Positions 17,534-25,627 of a stretch of 64,000 bases of DNA are shown here, in pieces; position 1 is the stretch's first letter, and each line of letters starts with the position of its first letter. This stretch comes from Collinsella aerofaciens (GTDB lineage: Bacteria > Actinomycetota > Coriobacteriia > Coriobacteriales > Coriobacteriaceae): positions 18,153 through 82,152 of the forward strand of contig JAXJIC010000027.1 of NCBI GenBank assembly GCA_036298925.1, written 5' to 3'. The translations under genes and the position numbers were made by a program. The notes below the pieces were generated by a model. That model was not told where the DNA came from. It saw only the letters and a program-made list of their open reading frames with translations, and searched no databases.

Positions 17534-18323
17534 CTTCGAAGTCACCTCCGTCAGAAACAGCTGCACCCTTCAGCTCGGTCTGCTGCTGGAAGTCCCAGAA
17601 AGCGATGCCGAAGCCGATGAGAGCGAGGATGAGCAGAGCAGGGGTTGCCAGCGAATCGTTGGCAACGGTGATGAGCGCGAGGCCAAAGCCCATGAGGAAG
17701 AAGCCCCACATATCGCGGTTCATCATAACCTTGAGCAGGACGGCGAAGCCGACGAAGCGCATCATACCGCCTGCAGCGGACAGACCGGTCTGCAGCCAAG
17801 TCGGAATAGCAGCGGCGATGGTCTGACCGATGGTGGCGCCAGCGATGAAGAACAGGGTGACGACGACAGCGAAGATCAGGCCGAGCAGAGCCATGGCGAA
17901 GTAGTTCAGGCGCTCGATGCCCTTGGTGTCCGCGTTGTGAGCCATGTTATCGGCCGTGGACATAAGCGGGGACATAAGCGTGAAGACCAGGGTAACGCCA
18001 AGCTGGCCAAGCAGAGCGAACGGAATGGCGAGGCCAACTGCCGCGTTGGGCTCGAGGCCCGTGGCGATAGCGAGAATGGCTGCCATGATGCCGCCGATGA
18101 CGGCGTTAGGCGGCTGAGCGCCTCCGATCGGCATGTTGCCGATCGTCATGAGCTGATAAGTACCACCCACGAGAAGACCGGTGTTGAGGTCGCCAAGGAT
18201 AAGACCGATGACGGCGCCGGTGACGATGGGCTGATAGAGAGACTCGAGGAAGTCAAACTGGTCGATTGCCGCGATGAACGTAACAACGAAGACCAGGGCG
18301 ACCTGAATGATCGAGAATTCCAT
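17523..18323 (-). CDS. PTS mannose/GalNAc-family EIIC
   Basis: 266 aa polytopic protein: MEFSIIQVALVFVVTFIAA..TGLLVGGTYQLM. Confidence 0.85.
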   Translation of the reverse strand: MEFSIIQVALVFVVTFIAAIDQFDFLESLYQPIVTGAVIGLILGDLNTGLLVGGTYQLMTIGNMPIGGAQPPNAVIGGIMAAILAIATGLEPNAAVGLAIPFALLGQLGVTLVFTLMSPLMSTADNMAHNADTKGIERLNYFAMALLGLIFAVVVTLFFIAGATIGQTIAAAIPTWLQTGLSAAGGMMRFVGFAVLLKVMMNRDMWGFFLMGFGLALITVANDSLATPALLILALIGFGIAFWDFQQQTELKGAAVSDGGDFEDGI

Positions 18324-18413
18324 CTTGCTCCTCCTTTCAAAATGTATGTACGCACTTTGGATTTCACGTACAAAATGTCAGGGTTTCACTCCTGACAACG
18401 TGGATCACGAAGA

Positions 18414-18896
18414 CTACGAGAAGAGCTTGCTCGTGTCCTCAACAGGCGTGCTCGGAACGCGCCTGATCTCCAACTCCACCCCCAATTCCTGCAGCTCTTT
18501 AAACGCAGCGACATCCTCGTCGTTAACTGCGACGGAGGTGGCGACTTGGCGCTTTCCTTCCGACATGTGCATGTTGCCGATGTTTACCTTCTTTATAGGC
18601 ACACCGCCCTTGACGAGCGTAAGCACGTCTTCCGGTGTTTCGGCCACGATGAAGATCTTCTGGCGCGGACTCGCCTTGCCAATGACGTCGATGGTCTTCT
18701 GCAGGGAGAAGAAACGCGTAGCGACGCCGGCGGGAGCGGCCATCTTCATGAGGTTCTGGCGCATGGTGTTGGACGCCACGTCGTCGTTGGCGACGAGGAT
18801 GAGGTTGGAGCCCAGAGTGGAGTTCCACTGGGTAGCGACCTGACCATGGACCAGTCGGTTATCGATGCGGGTAAGAAGAATGTTGGGTTCTGCCAT
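18414..18896 (-). CDS. PTS mannose/GalNAc-family EIIB (canonical)
   Basis: 160 aa. LLTRIDNRLVHGQVATQW retains the phospho-histidine. Confidence 0.9.
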   Translation of the reverse strand: MAEPNILLTRIDNRLVHGQVATQWNSTLGSNLILVANDDVASNTMRQNLMKMAAPAGVATRFFSLQKTIDVIGKASPRQKIFIVAETPEDVLTLVKGGVPIKKVNIGNMHMSEGKRQVATSVAVNDEDVAAFKELQELGVELEIRRVPSTPVEDTSKLFS

Positions 18897-18932
18897 GTTG
18901 ATCAGCTTCCTTTCGTTATTTGCTGACGACAG

Positions 18933-19214
18933 TTACTTGATCTCCTGAATCGCGTAACGCGAAACATCTACGACGGCACCGGATCGGACTTTGATCTGGA
19001 CCTTCTCGCCTTCGATGCCTTTGACGGTTCCGTAGATACCGCCGGCGAAAAGAACCTCCTGACCCGGCTTGAGCTCGGTGTGCAGCTCCTTGAAGTACTT
19101 CTGCTTCTTCTTCATGTTGATTTGCGACCAGACGGTGTAAATCAAGCCCATGATGACAAGCAGGCCTAAAAGAGCGACCGAGGAACTCAGGACGTTGGCT
19201 CCGAAATCGGCCAT
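18933..19214 (-). CDS. yajC: YajC-like small membrane protein inside the PTS operon
   Basis: 93 aa with one N-terminal TM segment, then KPGQEVLFAGGIYGTVKGIEGEKVQIKV, the YajC signature. Its ATG overlaps the EIIA stop (TAATG). Confidence 0.75.
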   Translation of the reverse strand: MADFGANVLSSSVALLGLLVIMGLIYTVWSQINMKKKQKYFKELHTELKPGQEVLFAGGIYGTVKGIEGEKVQIKVRSGAVVDVSRYAIQEIK

Positions 19215-19657
19215 TAGATGCCGTCCTCGTCGCCGAAGATATCCTCTTCCTCGGAGTCGGCAACGAATGCGACCGTCTGGGCGGTGACGCCCGTCTGGCC
19301 AACGGTCACGGCCTGCTCGCCAAGCTCGGCGAGCGTGGCATTGCCGCGGAGGAACAGAAGCTCAATAACCATGGGAAGGTTGGTGCCAGTCAGAACCTCG
19401 ACGTTATCGACATCCTGGGCAATCATCATCGACTGGTTGAACGGGGTGCCGCCAAGCAGGTCGGTAAAGACGAGCACGCCATCGCACTCCTCGCGCATAG
19501 CGGTAATAGCGGCACGGAGATCCTCACCGTAGGATGCAGCCTGGTCGCCCTCAAAAGGAACGACGGTAAAAGCAGGCTGGTCGCCAGCAACCATAGCGAT
19601 AGCGCTTGCAAGGCCGGGTGCGAACTGTCCATGACCGGTAAGAATAAAGCCAACCAT
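19214..19657 (-). CDS. PTS mannose/GalNAc-family EIIA
   Basis: 147 aa. MVGFILTGHGQFAPG carries the active-site His. DLLGGTPFN is also present. Confidence 0.85.
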   Translation of the reverse strand: MVGFILTGHGQFAPGLASAIAMVAGDQPAFTVVPFEGDQAASYGEDLRAAITAMREECDGVLVFTDLLGGTPFNQSMMIAQDVDNVEVLTGTNLPMVIELLFLRGNATLAELGEQAVTVGQTGVTAQTVAFVADSEEEDIFGDEDGI

Positions 19658-19757
19658 TCAAATTTCCCTTCCGAAGGTGTGTACGATCTGAGTCCGATGA
19701 TTTTCGGAAGCCAGCGGGCGCTCGCCCTTAAAGCTTCTTGGAAAGCGTTCTTTGAAG

Positions 19758-19786
19758 ACCAGTGGTTTCTAAACTGGTAGTAACCA
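19758..19786. promoter_or_regulatory. Putative GntR/HutC operator cluster (ACCAGT at 19758-19763; CTGGTAGTAACCA at 19774-19786)
   Basis: The 13-mer is identical to 15481-15493. It lies about 100-130 nt upstream of the EIIA start. Confidence 0.5.
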
Positions 19787-20053
19787 CGTGACGTGTTGTT
19801 GTCACTATATCACCCCAGAAGAGGTCGCTTTCGTTGATTCATACGGTAAAACGTTTTTGCACCGCTCACGGTGATAAATCGACCGTTTACCGCTCGTTAA
19901 TACTTCTGCCTGCGGTATTGAAACCATTTCGAAATGTTTTGGAAAAAGATCGAATCTTTTCCTGTGTCTAAACAACGCAGGGCGGCTAAAAATAGCGTGT
20001 AGAAAAATTGCAGGTCATTGTGAAGATATGTGAATTGGTCTTTTTGACTTAAT

Positions 20054-20069
20054 ACCAGTTAGAACCAGT
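20054..20069. promoter_or_regulatory. Two direct ACCAGT hexamers spaced 10 bp (possible extra GntR half-sites)
   Basis: ATACCAGTTAGAACCAGTT uses the same hexamer as the boxes at 15490 and 19758. Confidence 0.3.
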
Positions 20070-20080
20070 TTTGAGATTAT

Positions 20081-20110
20081 CGGTGAACGGTAGTTTTCGA
20101 CCGTTCACCG
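20081..20110. repeat. Perfect 11-bp inverted repeat CGGTGAACGGT / ACCGTTCACCG
   Basis: 8-nt loop. A related unit, CGGTGA..TCGACCGTTTACCG, lies at 19869-19892 (its 14-mer is 13/14 identical). Confidence 0.6.
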
Positions 20111-20116
20111 GTTACT

Positions 20117-20130
20117 TGTAATCGTTTGCA
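20117..20130. promoter_or_regulatory. cre-like / LacI-type box TGTAATCGTTTGCA
   Basis: Fits TGNAANCGNWNNCA, but lies about 460 nt upstream of the nearest start codon. Confidence 0.25.
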
Positions 20131-20246
20131 GTTGTTTTCCCAGATGAATTAGGGAAAGTTACCAGGTCCTCGGCGTTCATGCTGCCCCGTCCGTCGCGGT
20201 CTACGAGGCTAACGATATGGCACCATGGGGACACTCGTATGTCAAT

Positions 20247-20265
20247 TCTGGCCTAACAGAGCCAA
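20247..20265. repeat. Left 19-bp inverted repeat TCTGGCCTAACAGAGCCAA
   Basis: The reverse complement of 21054-21072 is TCTGGTCTAACAGAGCCAA (18/19 identical). Confidence 0.7.
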
Positions 20266-20309
20266 TTAAAAACGGGACAAGTGATGTAGCCCACTTGTCC
20301 CGTTTTTAT
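20266..20309 (-). terminator. Terminator after the 130-aa ORF (bidirectional shape)
   Basis: AACGGGACAAGTG pairs with CACTTGTCCCGTT (13 bp), with T-runs on both strands. Confidence 0.75.
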
Positions 20310-20702
20310 TTATTTTCGAAGAGCATCGGCCAGCCGCAGGATTGAAACCATCGAATGATAGGCGAGCTCCACCTTTTCACCCGCAAGCAGTCGTTTTGAG
20401 CTAGCATCATCTAGCCCCACAAGCCGAGAAAACAGCAAGCTGCTCATCATACCCTCGTCAATAGAGTCATTTATGATTTTAAGGACGTCCGCATCATTAA
20501 GCGATGCCGAGCTGTAAGGGGCAACACGAGCGGAACTCTCAATTAACGATGAGACAAAAGGATGGAGATGCTTCGGGCATAGCCCATCAAACATCACATC
20601 CCCATTGTCATTCGAGCCGACCAGGTGCCAAGTATAATGTTCGACCCAATCATCCCCGTCATATATGGTGTCCACAAGCGACCTCCCGACTAAACTTGCC
20701 AC
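20310..20702 (-). CDS. Hypothetical 130-aa protein with no recognisable family
   Basis: Open frame with a GTG start at 20702 that overlaps the stop of the upstream mini-gene. It lies in AT-rich context with its own terminator. No motif recognised. Confidence 0.45.
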   Translation of the reverse strand: MASLVGRSLVDTIYDGDDWVEHYTWHLVGSNDNGDVMFDGLCPKHLHPFVSSLIESSARVAPYSSASLNDADVLKIINDSIDEGMMSSLLFSRLVGLDDASSKRLLAGEKVELAYHSMVSILRLADALRK

Positions 20703-20947
20703 CTCAAAATCCCGCTACCGATATGGTCGAGCTTGACCGTTCCGCCGTCCCCCTCAAAAGTGGCAAGGGGATTTACTCCAGACTGAGAATCGGCATCAAC
20801 CTCCTTAGCGCTTATGAGCAGGCTGCCCGTATAAGACTGCTGAAGTTCACCTTCAGGACAGGCAGCCTCGGCTCAAGAAGGGCTGCTCAGGCAGAACAGT
20901 CCGAGCAACATCATTGCCAATAGAAGAAAACCCTTAGATCTTTTCAT
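20690..20947 (-). pseudogene. Small signal-peptide ORF (24 + 60 codons) interrupted by an in-frame TGA
   Basis: Reads MKRSKGFLLLAMMLLGLFCLSSPS-TGA-AEAACPEGELQQSY...GILRWQV*. Both parts are in the same frame. The TGA is the reverse complement of 20873-20875, and an AEA-A signal-peptidase-like site follows it. Confidence 0.45.
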
Positions 20948-20971
20948 CTATATTCCCAACATCTCTCAATA

Positions 20972-20993
20972 TTTGTATATTGTGACTATTTTA
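20972..20993. repeat. Box 1 TTTGTATATTGTGACTATTTTA
   Basis: Direct repeat of 21083-21103 (TTTGTATTTGCAACTATTTAA). Confidence 0.5.
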
Positions 20994-21053
20994 GATCTAT
21001 ATAAACAACTCGAGCCCTTAGCAAGTCAATTGCTGAAGCAGGTTATATTTCTT

Positions 21054-21072
21054 TTGGCTCTGTTAGACCAGA
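21054..21072. repeat. Right 19-bp inverted repeat TTGGCTCTGTTAGACCAGA
   Basis: Partner of 20247-20265. Confidence 0.7.
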
Positions 21073-21082
21073 CGTTACCATC

Positions 21083-21103
21083 TTTGTATTTGCAACTATT
21101 TAA
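21083..21103. promoter_or_regulatory. Box 2 TTTGTATTTGCAACTATTTAA, overlapping a possible TTGCAA -35 element
   Basis: Direct repeat of box 1. It lies about 50-65 nt upstream of the DUF2975-like gene. Confidence 0.35.
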
Positions 21104-21149
21104 CGTTTATCGTTAATTATATAGTAAGATACAGGTATCAACTGAAGTA

Positions 21150-21803
21150 ATGATTGGGGAAGCCATGATTCGCAGCAATGACTTTGAACCGAATGAAACC
21201 ATCAGCCGCGAACAGACAATAGTCGAACTGAGGAAGCTCGCTCGCATCTGCAAATGGGCCACGATCTGCATTACCACCGCGCTCGCTCTGGGACTCCTCG
21301 CAGTCATTGCGATTGACCTTCTACTCATATTGCCTAGCCTCTCCCAAGGGTCGTGTCTCCAATCCGTAGAACTTCAAGGCGGCGAAGGGCCGTGCCTTGC
21401 TATCGTCGGTACCGATGCGCAGACCCCACTTATGCTCGTCGCACACGATGGTCACACTGCCATAGGGAGCCTCTTGATGACATGCCTCGCGCTCACCATC
21501 GCGCTAAGCGTGCGCAGGCTTTTCTTCAACATTGAGAAGGAAGGTAGGTCCTTTGACCTTGAATGCAACCACACACTTCGTCGAGTAGGACATTTATTCC
21601 TTATCGGCGGCGCTGCCGTGAGACTTCTTGGTGCCGTAATCACGGGAATGATACTCTCAGGATTTGGCGGCAGCTTTACGGATGCGTTCGCCGGCCAGTT
21701 ATTCGAGCCCTCCATGCTCTTTGCAGGCCTGATTATTTGCCTGATTGCCAGCATCTTCCGCTACGGGTATATCCTGCAAAAACAAGATGACGAGTTGCTC
21801 TAG
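21150..21803 (+). CDS. DUF2975-like polytopic membrane protein
   Basis: 217 aa with 4-5 hydrophobic segments. It is followed after 9 nt by a YozG-like mini-HTH gene, which is the usual partner arrangement. The family call rests mainly on that context. Confidence 0.5.
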   Translation: MIGEAMIRSNDFEPNETISREQTIVELRKLARICKWATICITTALALGLLAVIAIDLLLILPSLSQGSCLQSVELQGGEGPCLAIVGTDAQTPLMLVAHDGHTAIGSLLMTCLALTIALSVRRLFFNIEKEGRSFDLECNHTLRRVGHLFLIGGAAVRLLGAVITGMILSGFGGSFTDAFAGQLFEPSMLFAGLIICLIASIFRYGYILQKQDDELL

Positions 21804-21812
21804 GGGGAATCC

Positions 21813-22052
21813 ATGATTATTCTGCGGCTTGACCGCATGCTCGCCGAACGCAAGATCTCATCCAAAGAGCTTGCGGAACGTGTGGGCATCTCCCAGGTCA
21901 ATATGTCACGCATTAAGACGGGCAAGGTTTCTGCCATACGTTTTTCAACTCTTGATGCGATTTGCCGGGCACTCGACTGCCAACCAGGCGATGTACTGGA
22001 ATATATATCCGACGATGAAGCCGATAGCCTTTTTGGACTTAAAGATGAATAG
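21813..22052 (+). CDS. Small Cro/C1-type HTH regulator (YozG-like)
   Basis: 79 aa. LDRMLAERKISSKELAERVGISQVNMSRIKTGKVSAIRFSTLDAICRALDCQPGDVLEY is the characteristic family pattern. Confidence 0.8.
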   Translation: MIILRLDRMLAERKISSKELAERVGISQVNMSRIKTGKVSAIRFSTLDAICRALDCQPGDVLEYISDDEADSLFGLKDE

Positions 22053-22085
22053 CCATAATTAAGCCGCCGATCATACCCTCAACGC

Positions 22086-22126
22086 AAAAAGCCTGCCAGT
22101 ACGACTTCCGTGCTGGCAGGCTTTCT
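22086..22126. terminator. Bidirectional terminator between convergent genes
   Basis: AAAAA-GCCTGCCAG..CTGGCAGGC-TTTCTG. Confidence 0.7.
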
Positions 22127-22166
22127 GCTGTCAATCGGCTAGATGCTCGATGAGTCGTGTGACTCT

Positions 22167-23261
22167 TTACGCAAACAGGCCGTAGATGCTGATGTTGGCC
22201 TTGGCGTAGAGGCCGTTAGCATACTCGGTCCACTTGGAGCTGGCGCTCGAAGCCTGCGAGGAGTACTGCTGATAAGCAGTGTAGTAGGCGGTCATGGCCT
22301 GCTTATAGGTGGCGCTATCGGCCGTAAAGGCATCATCGGCAAAGGCCTTGGCATAGGTGCTGTCGGCATCCTTCCAGGCGCCCTTCTCGCTATCCCACTC
22401 GTCGCCGGCAAGTTTGATGATGTAGTCGGCGTAGTCCTTGCTCGCGGTCTCCTCGTTGCCGTCAGCAGGCTCGGTCGGGGCGGTCGGCATGCTTGCGGAG
22501 CTATCGCCCACCTTCTTCTTGTAGAGCTTCTGCAGCGTCGCGGACTGGCGGACGATCTGCTTGGCCTGATCCTTGGACACGCCATACTGCGTGGCCATGG
22601 TCTTGTAGTCGGAGGTGCCGATGGAATCCTCGGCGTACTTCTTCATCTCCTTAGAAGAGACGGTAATGCCCTCGTCCTCGGCAGCATCGAGCAGGATCTT
22701 GTTGCGCACGTAGGACAGGATAACGTCGGCAGACGGAGCGGTGTAGTTGCCATCGCTATCCTTGACGGTGTCGAGGCTGTACTGGCTCTCGATGGCCTCA
22801 CGCGCGGTGATGTCGCTCTTCTTGCCGTTGTAGCTGTAGCTTGCCACGGTCGAATCGAGCTGGTCCTCGGTCAGGGTCGCCGAGCCGACACCCTTGCCGC
22901 CAAAGCCGCCATTGCCAATAAAGAAGCCGACCACCGCAGCGATCACGACTGCAACCACGAAGGCGGCAATCATCGTCTTCTTGTGCTTGGATGCATGGTC
23001 GTCTTCGTCGGAACCCAGGATATCGTCGTCCTCGTCTCGCTCCTCGGGCATCAGATTCTCGTCGGCGGCATCCGCGGCGATCTGAGCCTCCAGACGGGCG
23101 TCCTCCTCTTCGGCCGTCGTACCGGCAGCAATGTGCTCGGCAGACGTACCGGCGACCAGATCGATCTTCTCGTCCTCGTCACCGTCGGGGCCTTCGCCGC
23201 GCTCGATGATCTGGATGCCGTCGATCTCGTCCTTCTCGTCCTTCTTTTGAATCAGACCCAT
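22167..23261 (-). CDS. Membrane-anchored protein with an acidic N-terminus and a SurA-N/PrsA-like chaperone-type ectodomain
   Basis: 364 aa with one TM segment (MIAAFVVAVVIAAVVGFFI). The ectodomain pattern ITVSSKEMKKYAED..QAKQIVRQSATLQKLYKK resembles SurA N-terminal domains. No PPIase motif was seen. Confidence 0.4.
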   Translation of the reverse strand: MGLIQKKDEKDEIDGIQIIERGEGPDGDEDEKIDLVAGTSAEHIAAGTTAEEEDARLEAQIAADAADENLMPEERDEDDDILGSDEDDHASKHKKTMIAAFVVAVVIAAVVGFFIGNGGFGGKGVGSATLTEDQLDSTVASYSYNGKKSDITAREAIESQYSLDTVKDSDGNYTAPSADVILSYVRNKILLDAAEDEGITVSSKEMKKYAEDSIGTSDYKTMATQYGVSKDQAKQIVRQSATLQKLYKKKVGDSSASMPTAPTEPADGNEETASKDYADYIIKLAGDEWDSEKGAWKDADSTYAKAFADDAFTADSATYKQAMTAYYTAYQQYSSQASSASSKWTEYANGLYAKANISIYGLFA

Positions 23262-23387
23262 ATCAGTTACTCCTTGTTAGGAAACATAGTCCGCAATAGA
23301 ATACGCCCGACAGAGCGCCGGGCGTATTGATTCTCAGGTTATACGCAAACACTTAAGTACTATTTAGGCGTTTGCAGCGTGCATGCC

Positions 23388-24473
23388 TTAGGCCAGGTGC
23401 GCGATAACGGCATCGGCAAAGGCCTGCGTGCCCACAGCACCCTCAACGGAGCCGGTCTGGGCACGACGAACGTCGCCGGTAACCTGCTCACCCTCGTCGA
23501 GCGTGGCAGAAACGGCGGCGCGAATGCGATTGGCCGCGTCGTTCTCGCCCAGGTGATCGAGCATCATAGCCGCAGACAGAATCTCGGCCGTGGGGTTAGC
23601 GATATCCTGGCCCGCGATATCGGGCGCGGAGCCGTGCGTTGCCTCAAAGATGGCGCAGTCGGCACCGATGTTGGAGCCGGGGGCCATGCCCAGACCGCCC
23701 ACCAGGCCGGCACACAGGTCGCTCACGATGTCGCCGTACAGGTTGGGCAGCACCAGGACATCGAAGTCGTTGGGGTTCTGGACCAGGCCCATGCAGGTGG
23801 CGTCGACAATCTTGTCGTTGAACTCGATATCGGGATAGTTGGCGGCCACCTCGCGCGCCACGCGCAGGAACAGGCCGTCGGTCGCCTTCATGATGTTGGC
23901 CTTGTGCACGGCCGTCACCTTTTTGCGGCCGCAGCGGCGGGCATACTCAAAGGCATACTCCACAATGCGGCGGCTCTTGGCGATGGAGATGGGCTTGATC
24001 GAGATGGCGGAATCAGCGGCGAAGGTCTTCTGACCCGAACGCTCAACGAGCCGCGAGAGCTCCTCGACCTCGGCAGCGCCCTCATCGAACTCGATGCCGG
24101 CGTAGAGGTCCTCGGTGTTCTCGCGCACGATAACCAGGTCGACGTCGCGGAAACGCGAGCCGTCGCCCGGCTGCGACAGGCAGGGGCGCACGCAGGCGTA
24201 CAGGTCGAAATGCTTGCGCAGGGCCACGTTGACGCTGCGGAAGCCCGTGCCGACCGGTGTGGTGATGGGGCCCTTGATGGCAACCTTGGTCTCGGCGACC
24301 GCATCGAGCACGTGCTGGGGCAGCGGCGTGCCAAACTCGTCCATGACGCCGGCGCCGGCCTCCTGGACGTTCCAGTTGATCTGGACACCAGTGGCCTCGA
24401 CCACGCGGCGCATGGCCTGCGTAATCTCGGGACCGATACCGTCACCGGGAATCAGGACTACATCGTGCGCCAT
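23388..24473 (-). CDS. icd: Isocitrate/isopropylmalate dehydrogenase-family enzyme, most like NAD-type isocitrate dehydrogenase
   Basis: 361 aa with [51 protein letters not shown] and [10 protein letters not shown]. Confidence 0.75.
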   Translation of the reverse strand: MAHDVVLIPGDGIGPEITQAMRRVVEATGVQINWNVQEAGAGVMDEFGTPLPQHVLDAVAETKVAIKGPITTPVGTGFRSVNVALRKHFDLYACVRPCLSQPGDGSRFRDVDLVIVRENTEDLYAGIEFDEGAAEVEELSRLVERSGQKTFAADSAISIKPISIAKSRRIVEYAFEYARRCGRKKVTAVHKANIMKATDGLFLRVAREVAANYPDIEFNDKIVDATCMGLVQNPNDFDVLVLPNLYGDIVSDLCAGLVGGLGMAPGSNIGADCAIFEATHGSAPDIAGQDIANPTAEILSAAMMLDHLGENDAANRIRAAVSATLDEGEQVTGDVRRAQTGSVEGAVGTQAFADAVIAHLA

Positions 24474-24479
24474 AATCTG

Positions 24480-25178
24480 TTACTCCTCGTCTTCGGCGGC
24501 CTCAGATTTTTTAACGTTAGCACGCTTCTTCTTTTTGGAGAGATCCAGGCCAAAACGTTTAACAAGCATTTCGCAAATCTCGCTCGAACGGGCCTTGAGA
24601 TAGCTGCCCTTGCCGTTCTCGGCGTCGAACTTAAGGCGCAGCGCGAGCTTCTCGGCAACCTCGGCGTCGATCTCGCCCTGGCAAAACTCGTACAGGCAAC
24701 CGAGCATGTCGCGATACTCAAGGTCGCCGTGGTAGCACTGGATAGCCTCGTCCAGGATGGGCCAAGCCTCGCGCGAACGCTCGACGCTCGTGGCACCCCA
24801 CACGCACAGCAGGCGGAAGGCGGCATAGCGCAGCGTGGAGGAGATCTCGTCGAACAGTGCAGTCTCGGCGCCCTCAAAGGCATCGCCCAGCTGCTCGGGG
24901 CAGGTGGTAGCGAGCGCCGTCAGGGCATCGAGGGCCTCCCAGCGGGTCTGCGCCTCGGGGCGGTCGAGCGCCTCGATCAGCGCGGGCACGCAGGGCACGA
25001 CGCGCTGCGGATCGCGCTCGGCAAGCAGGTGCAGCACGCGAGCGGCAAACTGGCGAATGCGGCGCGTGGGGCAGCCGAGCTCCTTGACCAGGCGGTCGAC
25101 GGCGTTCTCGTTCTCCTCTGCCAGCTGAAGCTGTGCCAGTTCCTCGTCGGTGAGCTGTTCGTCTTTGTTTTCTGCCAT
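24480..25178 (-). CDS. Hypothetical alpha-helical (HEAT-like repeat) protein with a Lys-rich tail
   Basis: 232 aa with repeated helical pairs (ARVLHLLAERDPQRVVPCVPALIEAL..EALDALTALA). It lies 6 nt upstream of icd. Confidence 0.4.
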   Translation of the reverse strand: MAENKDEQLTDEELAQLQLAEENENAVDRLVKELGCPTRRIRQFAARVLHLLAERDPQRVVPCVPALIEALDRPEAQTRWEALDALTALATTCPEQLGDAFEGAETALFDEISSTLRYAAFRLLCVWGATSVERSREAWPILDEAIQCYHGDLEYRDMLGCLYEFCQGEIDAEVAEKLALRLKFDAENGKGSYLKARSSEICEMLVKRFGLDLSKKKKRANVKKSEAAEDEE

Positions 25179-25193
25179 AGTTACCTCTTCTTA

Positions 25194-25622
25194 CTATTTC
25201 TTAGCGTGCTTGCCAGCACCCTTGCTGTCATCGGTGACCGAGATGAGCTGTCGGTCGGCCGCGCCATTGCGACGCGCACGGCGGCGTTCCTCAGCGTCGC
25301 CCGCGTCGGCGGCGGCGCGATGAGCCTTGTTGACGTTAAAGACCTCGTCGTGCTTGCGCCACGGACCGACGGACTCGCCAAAGCTCATCTTAAGACCGGC
25401 GATAAAGCCGCCGAGCCAGCCGATCGGCGCAAACTGCACCAACGGAAACAGCGAAAACACCCAGGTCAGCAGGACGACTGCCGCCGCTCCTGCAAAATTG
25501 GCGATCCAGTAGTCGCGCTTGGTGATCACGCGCTTTTCGCACGCCCACTGGCCGCACAAAAAGCCAATGTAGATCGCAAAGAGAAAGAGCACCAGCGCTA
25601 GCACCACGAACGTCCAGCTCAT
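25194..25622 (-). CDS. Small membrane protein (3 predicted TM segments) with a basic C-terminal tail
   Basis: Start at ATG 25622 (MSWTFVVLALVLFLF), 5 nt after the upstream stop, with a GGGGAG RBS. Confidence 0.5.
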   Translation of the reverse strand: MSWTFVVLALVLFLFAIYIGFLCGQWACEKRVITKRDYWIANFAGAAAVVLLTWVFSLFPLVQFAPIGWLGGFIAGLKMSFGESVGPWRKHDEVFNVNKAHRAAADAGDAEERRRARRNGAADRQLISVTDDSKGAGKHAKK

Positions 25623-25627
25623 GGGCG

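Noticed and set aside
18324-18413. 90-nt gap between EIIB and EIIC with a 7-bp stem (TGTCAGG/CCTGACA)
   Set aside because: The stem is short and weak with no T-run. It is probably just an intercistronic spacer.
20873-20875. In-frame TGA read as selenocysteine
   Set aside because: I could see no convincing SECIS-like hairpin immediately downstream, there are no sel genes in the window, and the position in a signal-peptide c-region is implausible. It is treated as a nonsense codon.
20504-20923. 139-aa plus-strand ORF across the mini-gene region
   Set aside because: It has no start context, is antisense to the two coupled minus-strand frames with their terminator, and has an uninformative composition.
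9320-22100. Genomic island integrated at tRNA-Thr
   Set aside because: I found no direct repeat of the tRNA 3' end downstream and no integrase. Most of the region has host-like composition, so only the smaller AT-rich blocks are reported.
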